A DNA stretch of 62,895 nucleotides, counting the filler, from Bigelowiella natans CCMP2755 (lineage: Eukaryota; Protista; Cercozoa), in NCBI GenBank assembly GCA_000320545.1. It is 7 parts of 7 records of this genome, joined end to end, with 100 filler letters (N's around TTAATTAATTAA, not from the genome) between each part and the next. Parts side by side here need not be neighbours in the genome. Positions count along the whole stretch, not along the records: positions 1 to 14,975 come from ADNK01001419.1; positions 15,076 to 33,884 come from ADNK01000584.1; 5 more parts are not named here. The stretch is one strand, 5' to 3'. Below are positions 1 to 16,916 of this stretch, in pieces. The translations under genes were made by a program, and so were the position numbers. The notes under the pieces are model-generated. The model had not been told where the DNA came from, ran no database searches, and saw nothing but the letters and a program-made list of their open reading frames with translations. The first letter of the stretch is position 1, and each line of letters starts with the position of its first letter.

Positions 1-287
1 GTGCAGGCCCTGCCCCACACCCGTATGATCTGCTGGTCTTGGGTAAGTACAGCAGCCATACCTAGCTTAGACCAGTCTGTCCATAGGGTAGCTGGTCTAG
101 TAGTGTCTAGCTTAGCATTCAATAGGGTGTTGCTGCATAACTTTATTAGGTTATCGAAGTGGGCATCAAGGCCAGCCTTGGCCCACACCTTAGCGAAGCT
201 GAGGCCTACAGAGTTCTCCTTCCGGTAAGCAGTAGTAAAAGCAGCTGCAGTCCTAGCGTAGGTAGGGGAGAACCTACGTAGTATCCC
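1..287 (-). pseudogene. RT connection/RNase H continuation of pol after a 1-nt frameshift
   Basis: Removing one G from TGGG (plus-strand ccc at 285-287) gives AAW-ILRRFSPTYA...TLWTDWSKLGMAAVLTQ, matching the RNase H TDAS.GIGAVL.Q motif, open to position 1. Confidence 0.85.
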
Positions 288-3213
288 AAGCTGCAGTCTG
301 CAAGAATGACTTTAACTCCTTTGCATTCTTAGGTTTAGGGGCTTGCTGTAGTGCTGCTACTTTCTCGGGGTTTGGGGTGATGCGGCCTTGCTCCAGGTAA
401 TATCCACACCACTTGATTCTTGTAGCTAGGAATGTACACTTCTGCAGTCTAATAGTAAAACCGAAGTGTGCAAACCTAATAAATATATTTTCCAGGAGGA
501 AGATCTGAGCGACGACTGTGTTGGTACATATTATGTCATCATCCACATACACAAACACAAACACCCACAACACAGACGCCATCCCATCATGTGTGTATGC
601 CCTGTAGTTCTGACTACTGAACGCATCCCCTGATATGCTTAGGCCGTAAGGGAATACGACGAAGTGCCACTTCCTGTGCCTGCTGGAGAACGCGGTAATG
701 GGGCGGGAGGTTTTGTGGATGGGTGTCTGCATGTATGATTCATTTTTATCTAGGGAAGAGTAGTATTTGTATCCTATGACGTGTTCAATAACGTCATCTA
801 TCCTTGGTGTAGGTGTCTGGATCCTCTTTATTACTCGGTTGTGGCGGATGAAGTTGTGCGCCAGGCGGAAGAAAGGGTAAGTAGGTTTCTTAGCTAGCAC
901 ATGTCTCACGTTCCATGGTGAGTTGCTTGGCTCTATCTTCCCTTCCTTTGCCCATTCATTGATCTGCCACTCTATCTTTTCCCAGTCCGCTTCCGGTCGC
1001 CTATGTTCTGGGTCATTGATGATGCACTCTTCGTATCCCTTCTTTAGCTCGATCTTTACTGGGGTAAGCTTGCTGGAGGGCTTCGTCGTCGGCTTGGTGA
1101 TGTCAGAGTACTTCTCGTTTAATATTTTATTAATGTACTTTTTGCCTTTGTCGATATCCCAATCATCAGCTGGGGGGGTCTTGTCCAGTAGCTCCGTTAT
1201 CTGTCGGATGGTCTTGCCGGGGTTCTTCTTCCGTAGCTCGGTAGGTGTAGGTAGCTTGTTGTCCGCTAGGTCCATAAACTCTAACGCATTAACGCTTGAC
1301 TCAGAGGTCCACTCGTCAAGCCGTATCATGTTCTGGCTGATGGTCCTGCCTGACTTCTTTGGCAACTTAGCAAAGTATATCTTGTGATTGTAGAATGATA
1401 TGATCCCCCCTAATTTTTCTAGGGCATCCTGTCCGAGGAGTAGTTCCATGGATAAAGTCATGGCTACTCGGGTCTTGATTTGGGTCTCCGCGTCGCTGCC
1501 AGGTATCTGTAGCTTTAGCATTAGCTCACCGACGGTCTTCATGGAAGAGCTTCCGTCTGCTTGAGCATATTTACGTTCTTTCTTAGTCACTTGATCCAAT
1601 AGTCCTAACCTTCTTACTGTGCTTAGGCTTATGAAGGACTTCGGCATGCTGCCACTATCCCAAAGGGCAGGTAGTTTCTTGTAGTCTCCGTAGCTGTCTT
1701 TAACTTTAACCTTGGTCATAGCAACTTTGATAGTCCTGTTAGCGTCTTCGTCATTAATGTTGCATACTCCTAAGTTCTTTATGTCGTCTAGGGTCATGGG
1801 CTTGTCTTGGTCCTGCGTTGCTGGTACTGCTGTCTTCGTCGGCGCCTGCTTAAGGTGATCTAATATTCCGTTTATCTGCTGCTGTATAGCATTGATACTG
1901 TTCTGCTTTTTGTTCTTATATTTATTGTTCTTCCCGTTGTTGCTGCCTTGCCATTTGCTGTTGTTATATCCTTGTCCTCTGCCTTTCTTTCTCTTTAACT
2001 TCTCGTAGTGTTCGTTGAGCTGCCTGATCGTCATCCTGGGTCGTCCTTCTTTCCTGTCTCTGCAGTCTTTAGCGGTGTGTTTCCCTTTACGTGAGCAGTA
2101 TCCGCAACGTCGGTTACCTTCCCTGTCCTTGTACCAGTCTCGCTGCGGCTTAATAGCGTTAATGTTTCCTATGCCAGGTACCTTAGGGCTGGTAAACTTG
2201 CGGTCCTGCTCCTGCTCGCGTAGGGATATAGCCTGCACTGCTGCCTCCATCGTGGTGTAGCCTTTCTCCGTAACGTAAGTGGATTCCTTTATCTTTAACT
2301 TGAACTCTTCAAACCTTGCCTGATCATCACCTGTGTTGTAATTAAAATCATGTAGTTCGTCGATCATATCCTGGAAGCGCGTGGCAAAGTCTCTAACAGG
2401 TTCTCTCTCATGCTGCATCATTGCTCTGTATTTTCTAATAGCCTGGGGTAGGGAGTTAGCATCCTGTTCATTTACAAAAGCCTTCATTATCGCCTCAACG
2501 TCTCGTAGCCCACTAACTGTAGTGTGTATTTTCTCTAGCTGCCTGATCCGGGTCCTGCCTGTCTCGTAAAGGTCCATGGCTTGCTTTATTATAGCTAGCC
2601 ATTTGAGCTTGTCGTTTTCGGTGGGGTTAGGGGTAAAGTCGCAGAGTATACTCCTAGCGTTCTTCCACCACCTCCTTGCCTCACCTCTTTTCCCGTTGTA
2701 TTTCGTTATCATAACCGGTGCTGTTTTAACAGACATGAACTGGGTGTTCCGCTGTACCGGCTGCTGCTGCTTGACGGTGCTCTGGGTCGTCCCCCGCGAG
2801 GCGCCCAGACCCCCGTCGTTCCTAAACAAAGCTGCCCACTCTGGAGGTAAGTCTGCTTCGTAATCCATGATGTCCTGCATGATAGCTGCCCAAACATCAT
2901 GTGTCTGATACTTGTATTCTATCGATACTTTCAGTTTGGCGTAGTTGCTCGCCCTGGGTCGCAAGGCTCGTAATGCCATTACGACCTTCTTGCTTTCGGC
3001 GGCCACGTCCTCGTCGTCCGCCTCGTAGAAGTTCTCCAGTGCCTCTGCTGCTGCATCTGCTTTCTTAATCCCGGGTGCTGGTCCCGGCGGTGCCTGTGGA
3101 GGTGTTCCTCCTCCTTCCTTAGCGTCCGTATCGCCCTTCCTTTCCTGTTTCTGCTCGTGCCCTTGCACGGCCTGCGAGCCAAAGTCCTGCTGTTCTTCTA
3201 GCTGCTGTGACAT
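274..3213 (-). CDS. Gag-Pol polyprotein (Gag, Zn knuckle, aspartic protease, reverse transcriptase)
   Basis: 979-aa ORF with Zn knuckle CGYCSRKGKHTAKDC, protease LWDSGS...LLLGQDAL, and RT motifs IEPSNSPWN, PTPRIDDVI, FPYGL, YVDDD, KCTF, ELKSFL. Confidence 0.95.
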   Translation of the reverse strand: MSQQLEEQQDFGSQAVQGHEQKQERKGDTDAKEGGGTPPQAPPGPAPGIKKADAAAEALENFYEADDEDVAAESKKVVMALRALRPRASNYAKLKVSIEYKYQTHDVWAAIMQDIMDYEADLPPEWAALFRNDGGLGASRGTTQSTVKQQQPVQRNTQFMSVKTAPVMITKYNGKRGEARRWWKNARSILCDFTPNPTENDKLKWLAIIKQAMDLYETGRTRIRQLEKIHTTVSGLRDVEAIMKAFVNEQDANSLPQAIRKYRAMMQHEREPVRDFATRFQDMIDELHDFNYNTGDDQARFEEFKLKIKESTYVTEKGYTTMEAAVQAISLREQEQDRKFTSPKVPGIGNINAIKPQRDWYKDREGNRRCGYCSRKGKHTAKDCRDRKEGRPRMTIRQLNEHYEKLKRKKGRGQGYNNSKWQGSNNGKNNKYKNKKQNSINAIQQQINGILDHLKQAPTKTAVPATQDQDKPMTLDDIKNLGVCNINDEDANRTIKVAMTKVKVKDSYGDYKKLPALWDSGSMPKSFISLSTVRRLGLLDQVTKKERKYAQADGSSSMKTVGELMLKLQIPGSDAETQIKTRVAMTLSMELLLGQDALEKLGGIISFYNHKIYFAKLPKKSGRTISQNMIRLDEWTSESSVNALEFMDLADNKLPTPTELRKKNPGKTIRQITELLDKTPPADDWDIDKGKKYINKILNEKYSDITKPTTKPSSKLTPVKIELKKGYEECIINDPEHRRPEADWEKIEWQINEWAKEGKIEPSNSPWNVRHVLAKKPTYPFFRLAHNFIRHNRVIKRIQTPTPRIDDVIEHVIGYKYYSSLDKNESYMQTPIHKTSRPITAFSSRHRKWHFVVFPYGLSISGDAFSSQNYRAYTHDGMASVLWVFVFVYVDDDIICTNTVVAQIFLLENIFIRFAHFGFTIRLQKCTFLATRIKWCGYYLEQGRITPNPEKVAALQQAPKPKNAKELKSFLQTAAWDTT

Positions 3214-3224
3214 TGTTAGTCAAA

Positions 3225-3247
3225 TCGTTTCCCGTGTGTGGAAGCCA
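3225..3247 (-). promoter_or_regulatory. Primer-binding site
   Basis: TGGCTTCCACACACGGGAAACGA starts 5 nt after the LTR end. Its complement ends ...GTGTGGAAGCCA like a tRNA 3' end (Glu/Asp-like, identity uncertain). Confidence 0.65.
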
Positions 3248-3252
3248 AAGGT

Positions 3253-3577
3253 TGTTGCGCGTAAGGTGTTCACAGGCCGAGGCGCTACGTGCACAAGTAG
3301 GCAGGGGGGGGGAAGGCACGTTTGCTTCCTTTTGAAGAGTTTTGTTTATTTTTATTAAAGATTATATTTTTGTTAAATCGTGCACTGCGTAATCATTCGC
3401 GAAGCTTTCGCGAATGCCGCCGCACGTGGGGCAGCACACTTCCGGTGTGCTGCCATGAGTCCCGCCGGAACCCACGTGCCTATGCTGTATTAATATCTAC
3501 GTTATCTATATTCTATATCCGCGACAACCCCTTTGTTGTCGCACGTGACTTGTGCCCGCGTAGTGGTACGCGCTACA
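3253..3577 (-). repeat. 5' LTR (325 bp)
   Basis: Minus-strand termini TGTAGCGCGTA...TACGCGCAACA form an 11-bp inverted repeat with 1 mismatch and TG...CA ends. AATAAA-type signals lie near 3345-3357, and a TGG-initiated PBS follows. The partner LTR is not in the window. Confidence 0.8.
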
Positions 3578-4360
3578 CACATGTTGTGTGGCAACATGTG
3601 TTCAGAACACATGCTGCTGCAACACAGTCATTGATGTCGACAGTGTGTGTTCTAAACACATGCTGCAGTCATGAAAACGACAATGTACGTGGTGTAGACG
3701 CATGATGTTGGGAAGGCTTCTTGGGGCTAGATGTGATCATGTGTTGGCAGTGGCCATTGACATTGACCTCACATGCGAGAGCGAAGAGTCACACAAATGA
3801 GAGCCCATCCATGCAAATTGCAGAGCTGTCGCATCAAAATTGTAGACATCCGTAATGCAATGTGTCCTAGTGTCGTGCAAAATGCATCCCACATTGCTGT
3901 GTCCATCTAGCCATTGTCAAACTATGATCGCAGCACGCGATGTGCGTCAACGCAGTGAATTGAAAATTGAGCGCAGTCCACATGTCATGGTGTGTAGCTT
4001 CCGCAACCCTGTACCATTTTCATGACATGAACGAACACGGCATCTTAGCAGATAGAAAATATGGAAGAATCGCGACACCGATACAAGGCAAACTGCTGCT
4101 CATATTTTGCCTTGCATGCATGGCACCGCTGCAGCTTGGTGCGAGTAAATATTGAGGAGATGTAGCTATATGTTGCGAAGGCACCCTAGACTGCTTACAT
4201 ACCAAGATGCACTGAAGTATACTAGTATATGATCGATATTATGAACTAAGTTTCACTTATATGAAGGCGCCGTGTTACCGTGTTCGGCGTAAATATGTGT
4301 CACCTTGTTTCAATATGGCATCTAATATTGCAGCAACCATCTACTTATATGTGAGCACTA

Positions 4361-5690
4361 TCAAAGTTGGAAAACGTCTCGATTTCTATCGTAGTGATAA
4401 ACTAAGTGATCTATACAATATTCCCATTGCGAAGTATGCTCAGGAAGCTGCTGGAACATATCTACTTCATTTGCAACGCTGCGCCGTATGTCAACCCTAA
4501 TTTATGAATGTTGAATCTGAATCAGTCACTAATCCTAGAGAACGTCAAGTAAGATTTCATGTTTTGTACATACCATGCTTTCGAATTACGAGAGAGAGCA
4601 GACTTTCCTTCGGAATCCCTGCTGCCATTTGTGTCAGTACCACCTGAAATTCCGACTGCCACTACTTTGTCAATCTTCGATTTTAATTTTGATATTGCTT
4701 CGGGCCCGTACAACATTAGAGCTGGCTTACCCCACTGCCAACTAGAATCCTCCTGCAGCTCCATTTGATCTGCAAAATTACATGCAGAGACGGCAGCTGT
4801 CGCAAAGATCTCCCCCGATGGACTCCATCCCCAAAGTAATGACTCAAAACCATCGAGCTCTCGGAAAGTTGCTACATGATTGGATTCCTCTTGTGAACAA
4901 CACTCCATGTCAAGAATGGCAATTGCACGATAGCTCAACCATGGTCCCAGGAGGGGATGAACGGAGAGCTTCGTGCTAGGGCAAAGCTGTGCAAGGCCTG
5001 TCTCCTGGGCTAGCTGTGCAAATGCGACTAGGCGGTTGGGGTCAGTCTCGTGTGCAAACCTCAGATCGAGACGCGCTTCTAGACTTGGCAACTTGATCGA
5101 AAGAAGTCGATGAAATATTTTTGTCAAAGCCGGCTGTACATATCCGAGATCTAGAGGACTTGGGCAATTCTGTATGGCTTTGTTTCTGATGTAAGCCCTG
5201 TGAAATTTTGGCCAAAGTGATTTTGAATTCCCGAGAAGCAGTGCCAATGTATTATCCCCTGCAGAAAATGTCGGTAGAGGGGTCAGCCGAGTGGGGTTTC
5301 CAGCGACGACAGTCTTGTTGTACAGACCAACCTGACTCAAAAATTCATTTCAATATGCTTCGCATTCGAATAAAAATATTATCACCGGAAATGGCCAGAT
5401 GATGTCGAAGCCAGATGCTGTTTGCGTATCAATGCAGGAAAGGCAGGTTTGCATGACATCAATTCCACAATAATACAATTTTAACGATGGATTATATGTG
5501 CTCTTGCAAATATTCATTGCATATACCCCTCAAGGCTGGACCGATGGCGTTGAGTACTCGGGTGGTTATTTTCCTTGAACGTAGAATAGCCTTTCTATCA
5601 GTTGTGGGTTGATGTTCTGTCCTCGTCCGTCGCTCTGCTTCTCGCTTCTCACCCGTACGTTCCGGTACAAGCTCATATGCAAAACTCTAG
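4361..5690 (-). CDS. MMACHC: MMACHC/CblC-family cobalamin-processing protein (spliced; start codon uncertain)
   Basis: Exons splice to ALRASGFDIIWPFP|VGLYNK...LALLLGNSKSLWPKF...VAFAQLAQETGLA...LSVHPLLGPWLSYRA...W|VDIRR...WEYCIDHLVYHYDRNR. The GFD..HPF, GN...LW and HP..GPW...RA motifs are typical of the family. Confidence 0.85.
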
Positions 5691-6611
5691 CCAATTCGGT
5701 TGACGCAGGAAAGGAACACAATGTGATTACTAGCCTTATTTTTGGTTCTATTCAACAAGTACGACAATGATACTCCGACATTTCTACCAGCTTATTTCCC
5801 ACTGGAAGCGGAAACGGCCTTGACAATGGCGCCTTTTTTATCAATTGTTGTATGTAAAGAAAGGCTTTCAATTTCTTCATTTTGTGACAGTTGCGAACCG
5901 CTATTTGCTGGATATCCCAAAGAGTGTAACGGCTGAATTTTGGCGTGTGAATCAATTCCAGTTTTCAGATTACTTGAAATAATAAATGTCCTCTATGTAA
6001 AGGCTAATACGCTCCAATTTAAACTATGATTCATAATTTAAGTAAATTTTACGATTTAATATGTGAAATATTTTGATGCTGTTGGCTTTCTTCTATATCT
6101 TATTGTATCAATAGTTTCTATGGAGATTCTATGTGCCAGAAAGAGACGGCATTAGCACTGAGCTGTGCAGGCCGTATTATTGTCGCAAGTTGAGAACGCA
6201 TCGTTACTTGACAACTTTCAAGGCGCGACAGCACTGGCCATTGAAAGAAAGATTTTCCTCCCCCAACCAGGTGTAGGTCCGGAGAGAGAATATTTGTTGT
6301 TAGACAACCTGGAAAATTCGTGGTTCTTTAAGAAAGAGTGGGAGAGTTGATCTTTCACTGGCCTCTTATAGATATAGTTTCTAGCAAGTATGGGAACATA
6401 AACGGTCCCAGTACTCGTTACGGAATTTCCAAGATCGTATTTGTTGAATGGAGAACATGAGATTCATTAAAGCCAAATCTTTTCGACGGCACTTCCCTCC
6501 AATCTTATTTTTCCAAGGATTAAATACTAAATCTATTTTTTGGATGGAATGTCTACTTTCAGAGGAGGTCGGAGGACAAAGAGAAAAGTTCTTTTCTTTT
6601 TCATTCTGGAG

Positions 6612-12269
<5,658 letters not shown>

Positions 12270-12566
12270 GTCCACATACACGTGGAGCACGCACTACATG
12301 GTGTCTTAGAAAATTGTAAACAAGTTAAGTATGTTACTCGAGGTTGTTACATCATTATTAACAGCATTATTACGAAGTCATACGCAGGCTGTACTATGTG
12401 CATTCATGTGTACCCAATGTTGTGCCACGACACATTGTATTTGTGATAATAGACTAAGCCTAGCTACGCACTGCTGAATCGCTGGCTAGCTCCATCCGCA
12501 CACGCTGCGCTATGCATGCACGTGTCGATCCGTCGGATGCAGCGCACACTGGCGGCCCCTATCGCG

Positions 12567-12665
12567 TAAGACGAATGATGTAATAATTGATCAATTAAAT
12601 TTGTTCAATGATGGTCATCTCCTTGTCATTTGTAGCCATGCAATGCTGCTAGAATGCAGCGCTGG
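12567..12665 (+). mobile_element. Mini-Helitron-like repeat copy 1 (degenerate)
   Basis: AGACG..ATGTAAT...AAATTTGTTCAATG.TGGTCATC...TGTAGCCATGCAATGC...CAGCGCTGG|T, ending in CTRR followed by T. Confidence 0.6.
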
Positions 12666-12730
12666 TATAATGTTAAATCTGTTGCAAGATTGGTAGTACC
12701 ATTGGTACACAATGAACGCATGCATGTATG

Positions 12731-12825
12731 CTATGACGAGACTGATGCAATGAAACGTTTAAATTTGTTCAATTCGCTAGCAATAGTCATCCTAATGTGC
12801 GCAGTTCTGCGGCTGCTATAGCTGC
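12731..12825 (+). mobile_element. Mini-Helitron-like repeat copy 2
   Basis: GAGACTGATGCAATGAAACGTTTAAATTTGTTCAAT...GTCATCCTAATGTG...GCGGCTG. Confidence 0.65.
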
Positions 12826-12953
12826 AGCTATACTACATCTAGCTTCGATTCGTGCACGCATGTGGCTCTAGCGCATAGCACTGCCTATGTGCCTAGCATA
12901 CATAGCTAGCCAAGCAATAAGCGCATCACAAGCACGCATATATAGACACAATT

Positions 12954-13042
12954 TAAGCGCTGTAGCCGCTGCATTGCACAGCTACATTAGGATGACCATT
13001 GAACAAATTTAAACATTTCATTACATCCGTCTCATATATAGA
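12954..13042 (-). mobile_element. Mini-Helitron-like repeat copy 3 (best preserved)
   Basis: Minus strand reads TCTATATATGAGACGGATGTAATGAAATGTTTAAATTTGTTCAATGGTCATCCTAATGTAGCTGTGCAATGCAGCGGCTACAGCGC: a 5' TC start and a 3' hairpin TGTAGC...GCTACA. Confidence 0.75.
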
Positions 13043-13511
13043 CGCACTGCCCTTATTGCATGCTCACAGCGTTGGAGCCATGCATGCTTGCTAGCTTGCC
13101 TGATCGATGCATGGTGCTTGTACTAGCTCTACTAGTCTAGAGCTGCTAGCTCATGACTCACGCACCGCAGCAGTAGTGCGCATGCAATAAATGACATATA
13201 TGACATTCGCTGCTAGATATGGCACTAGGTGGCATGCGGGAAGAATCTACCCAGATGTGGCTGTGGACGTCGTCGCTGTGAATGTGTGAATCGGTGATAG
13301 CAATGGTTGCACCGGATCGGATGGCTTCAATTTCATGTTACCAGCAGATGTGGTCATCGCATTGGCAAAGTTAGAATGGGAATGTAGACTAGTAGAGTCT
13401 AGATGTCGCCATCTACCAGCGCATGTACGATCATCGAGAGAGCACCCTCAATCTAATTATGAACTGGTAGATACTGATGCAAACAGTTACAATTTCTGGC
13501 CATTACCTAGA

Positions 13512-13680
13512 TTACAAGTCCTCATCGTCAAAGGTAATCTCCGCGTCAGCTCCTGCTACGTCATCTTCCTGTTTCTTATTCTTTCCACTACTTTTCTGCT
13601 CATCAGCGACCTCCGCTTTGGGTGCCGTCGCTTGCCATAGTCCTGATAATGAATGAAGTTCGGAAGTCACAATCAGAATG

Positions 13681-13733
<53 letters not shown>

Positions 13734-13750
13734 TATTACTACACTTTACT

Positions 13751-13790
<40 letters not shown>

Positions 13791-14281
13791 ATATTTATAC
13801 AGCGGGGGGGGGGATGGGGGTGAATGAAACTAATGAGCTGCGCACTAATTATTAAACCATCATACTGGTCATCCTTCGACTTCTCTACGCCTCGCTTTGA
13901 TGATGTTGGTGATGTTAACTCATTCACTGCTAGGAGGACACGAAATGCAATACTATAACAATAGAACACAACAACAACAATAGCAATAACAAAAAAGAGA
14001 GACAAACATACCGTCGTTGAGGTACAAGATGTTATCAATTGCCACGCCCTTCTTAGTCTCCCGGCTGATCAATAGAGATTGGTGCAAGGTTGAAGAGACA
14101 GACGCGCCAAAAGAAGCAGCGTTGGAAGGGCTATTAGTTTAGTGCGCATTTGAGGGAATGGGGTAGGGGGTGGTATTGATGAAGTTATAATAATGATCTC
14201 GCACGGGTGACTCGGGGGGCATTTGAGGCTTTCGATACCCCCCGTTCGCCTTTTTGTTCACACCACGAGCTTATAGTTGGT

Positions 14282-14325
<44 letters not shown>

Positions 14326-14384
14326 TATCTTTCATCAGCCAAATAGCAGCTTGAATAGAAGAAGAAGAACATGGATAACAATGA

Positions 14385-14439
<55 letters not shown>

Positions 14440-14859
14440 TATATATATATATAATATTTGTGTATAATTATTACAAAATAAATAAAAAGTGCACATAATA
14501 CATCTCGCTGGCATCCATATCCAGTATGCCAACTGCCAGGGCATATTTCATTCCTTCCGCCATCACAACCTAGTTGTGTGACGCGTATTATTAAGCAGTT
14601 GTAGTAGCAGTAGTAGTACAACCCGATGATGATTAACGATGACATTAATGGTGATGATACGAATGGTAAAATGACAGCATGTAGTACTTGTACATTTGAA
14701 AATCTGTGCAGTATTGACACTTAGTCAAAAAACCCAAACGTGAGAGGAATGAATGAATTATGACACTTTGTGCTGATAATATATAACTTTTAACAAAACA
14801 TCGATAGAAGGATTATTGTACCACTGCATCGCCCTTTTTCATTTCGCCTTCAATACAGC
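13512..14859 (-). CDS. MCTS1: MCTS1/MCT-1 (PUA-domain translation factor), 3' exons; 5' part lost in the gap
   Basis: Exons splice to GCIEGEMKKGDAV|VVMAEGMKYALAVGILDMDASEI|RETKKGVAIDNILYLND|GLWQ..., matching the MCTS1 MAEGK.HALA.G and KGIGIENIHYLNDGLW motifs. Confidence 0.85.
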
Positions 14860-14975
14860 CTGAATCGTGTGATGTAATCATGCAGAAACAAATAATATGA
14901 GAAGGCGTATATTTTTAAGTGAAAGCTGTATTTCAATTATTAGCATTCCCCGCACAAAAACGGGCGTCACCGTGG

Positions 14976-15075
14976 NNNNNNNNNNNNNNNNNNNNNNNNN
15001 NNNNNNNNNNNNNNNNNNNTTAATTAATTAANNNNNNNNNNNNNNNNNNNNNNNNNNNNNNNNNNNNNNNNNNNN
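14976..15075. other. Assembly gap with TTAATTAATTAA linker (also 33885-33984, 55001-55100, 57164-57263, 59805-59904, 61257-61356)
   Basis: All six are 100-nt N blocks with the same six-frame stop linker. Flanking genes lack large parts, so the true gaps exceed 100 nt. Confidence 0.98.
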
Positions 15076-15114
<39 letters not shown>

Positions 15115-15716
15115 GAGGAGGAGAGGAGAGGAGGAGGGGGGGTGGTCGACAAGGAGTGAATTGAAGGAAGAGGCGATTGCCTATGCGTGTGTGTGTGTGT
15201 GTGTGTGCCTCTAATTGTAGTGGAAGCTGCCCTTCTACTCTCTGTATCTTCCGTCTTGATGTCGTCGTCATCATCATCATCATCATCATCACCATCATCA
15301 TCTTCGTTGTCATCATCATTATCATTATCATCACTCCTCGTACCTTCATTCTCCTCCTCCTCCTCCTCATGCCTACTGCTAAGGCATCTTGATTGCAGAC
15401 ACAAAGGTTGCTTTCTCGCAGCATGATGATGATGATGATGATGATCGTGATGATCGTGATGTTCGTGATAATGCTAGTAATGTCTTCCCTTCTCTCACCG
15501 CTCAGATGTATGAATCACTGAAGATGATCCACCCTTCCATAACTTCTTTCTAAAATCATTTCCTCCTTCTCCTCCCCCTCCTCATTCAATGCAAGAACAT
15601 GCAGTATTTGCTACTTCCTCTCACAACTATGTTTCCCTCCCTCCCTCCCTCCCTCCCTCCCTCCCTCCCCCCGCCCTCTCCCTTTCTCCCTTCCTACTGC
15701 TGCCGATGTCTTTCAG

Positions 15717-16178
15717 TTAAAGGTGGAGGGGAAATGGCATACATGGATCGACTACGACAAGTTTCATTCATTGTTTCAGGTAGTAGTAGTTGTTGTTTTT
15801 GTTGTAGTTGTTGTAGTTGTTAGTCGTATTAGTAGCAAGAAGAAGAGGGAGAAGAAGAAGAAGAAGAAGAAGAAGAAGAAGAAGAAGAAACCATGAAATT
15901 TTATCAGCAGCAGCAGCATCGGCATCATCCCTCTCGTTATTATCCCCATCATCCGCCCCGATATACTATATCTGCGCTCGTTGGTGTATTTGGCAAGGAG
16001 CTCTCTTTGGCGACTGCATTGCCTTGTTAGTACTCACTGTCCCCACCATCGTATTTCCCCAACGCGCTCGCGTTTTTGCGTAGGAATGGAAGGAGAGCGG
16101 GAAGACCTTCTCTGCGTTCGAGTATCTGGTGTGCAAAGCTCGCATCGCCAGCGAAATCCTCACCTCTCACTCCAATTC

Positions 16179-16264
<86 letters not shown>

Positions 16265-16916
16265 CCAGAATTACATGCCATCTGTTTCATTTATTTGCAC
16301 AAACAAGGCTCCGACACCTGACTGGGCTGTATTCGGGGCAAAAGAGCAAGGGTCTGGCTTCGTAACACAGTTTGTAGTAGTAGTAGTTGTTGTTGTAGCT
16401 TGAAAGAGAAAACAGAATCAATGACAACAGATAGTTCTGCGGGGATTTAGTTCCTCTTACACATCAACACGTCGAGCGCATGAGCATAAGTAGGATGCTA
16501 GCCATTCCTATGGCTATGGCTGCGGTTGCAGCCTGCAATCGTTTTCTCGTTCGTCTCATTCTTGTTTCCCCTCCCGTCGACTTTCCAACTCGTTGGCTGG
16601 CCGGTTGGCGGTGATGGTGATGGGCGCGGGTAGGTTCGATCCTGATGAAGTTCGAGTGCGGAAGAAGGGAAAGGTGCGTGTGTTTCTCTAGCGTGTTTTG
16701 CTGGTTATGCGTGTACGTTCTTCTCTCACGATATTTACATTAATGGGGTTAGCGGAGGGCACACTGATAATGTGTGCAGGTTTTGAGCAACACCGCATCT
16801 ACGGCGTAACACCGGCTGATTGTTTGCATACTTTCTTTCAGAAAGCAAAGGCTGATGCTGCGGCTGCGGCAGCGGCAGCGAAAGAGGCGAAAGAGGCGAA
16901 AGAAGCTCAAAAATAA
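15717..16916 (+). CDS. TYW1: TYW1 wybutosine radical-SAM enzyme, C-terminal exons; remainder upstream or in the gap
   Basis: KVEGKWHTWIDYDK|...EWKESGKTFSAFEYL|APTPDWAVFGAKEQG|FDPDEVRVRKKGK matches the TYW1 C-terminal W.TWIDY..F and TP.WA.FG..E.GFDP motifs. Confidence 0.85.

Larger units (their letters stand above)
1..3577 (-). mobile_element. Ty3/Gypsy LTR retrotransposon (5' part; runs off the window start)
   Basis: Order on the minus strand is LTR (3577-3253), PBS, gag, protease, RT, RNase H. RT directly after protease is the Ty3/Gypsy order. Integrase and the 3' LTR would lie before position 1. Confidence 0.95.

Noticed and set aside
923-2863. Plus-strand ORFs overlapping gag-pol (also the antisense ORFs in PI3K)
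   Set aside because: Antisense shadows of real coding sequence with no motifs.
12567-13042. Clustered repeats as a CRISPR array or an ncRNA/tRNA gene family
   Set aside because: No regular repeat-spacer period, no cas genes and no A/B boxes or cloverleaf. Copies are indel-degenerate and in mixed orientation.
14976-15075. TTAATTAATTAA palindrome inside N runs (six times)
   Set aside because: Artificial six-frame stop linker marking scaffold gaps.
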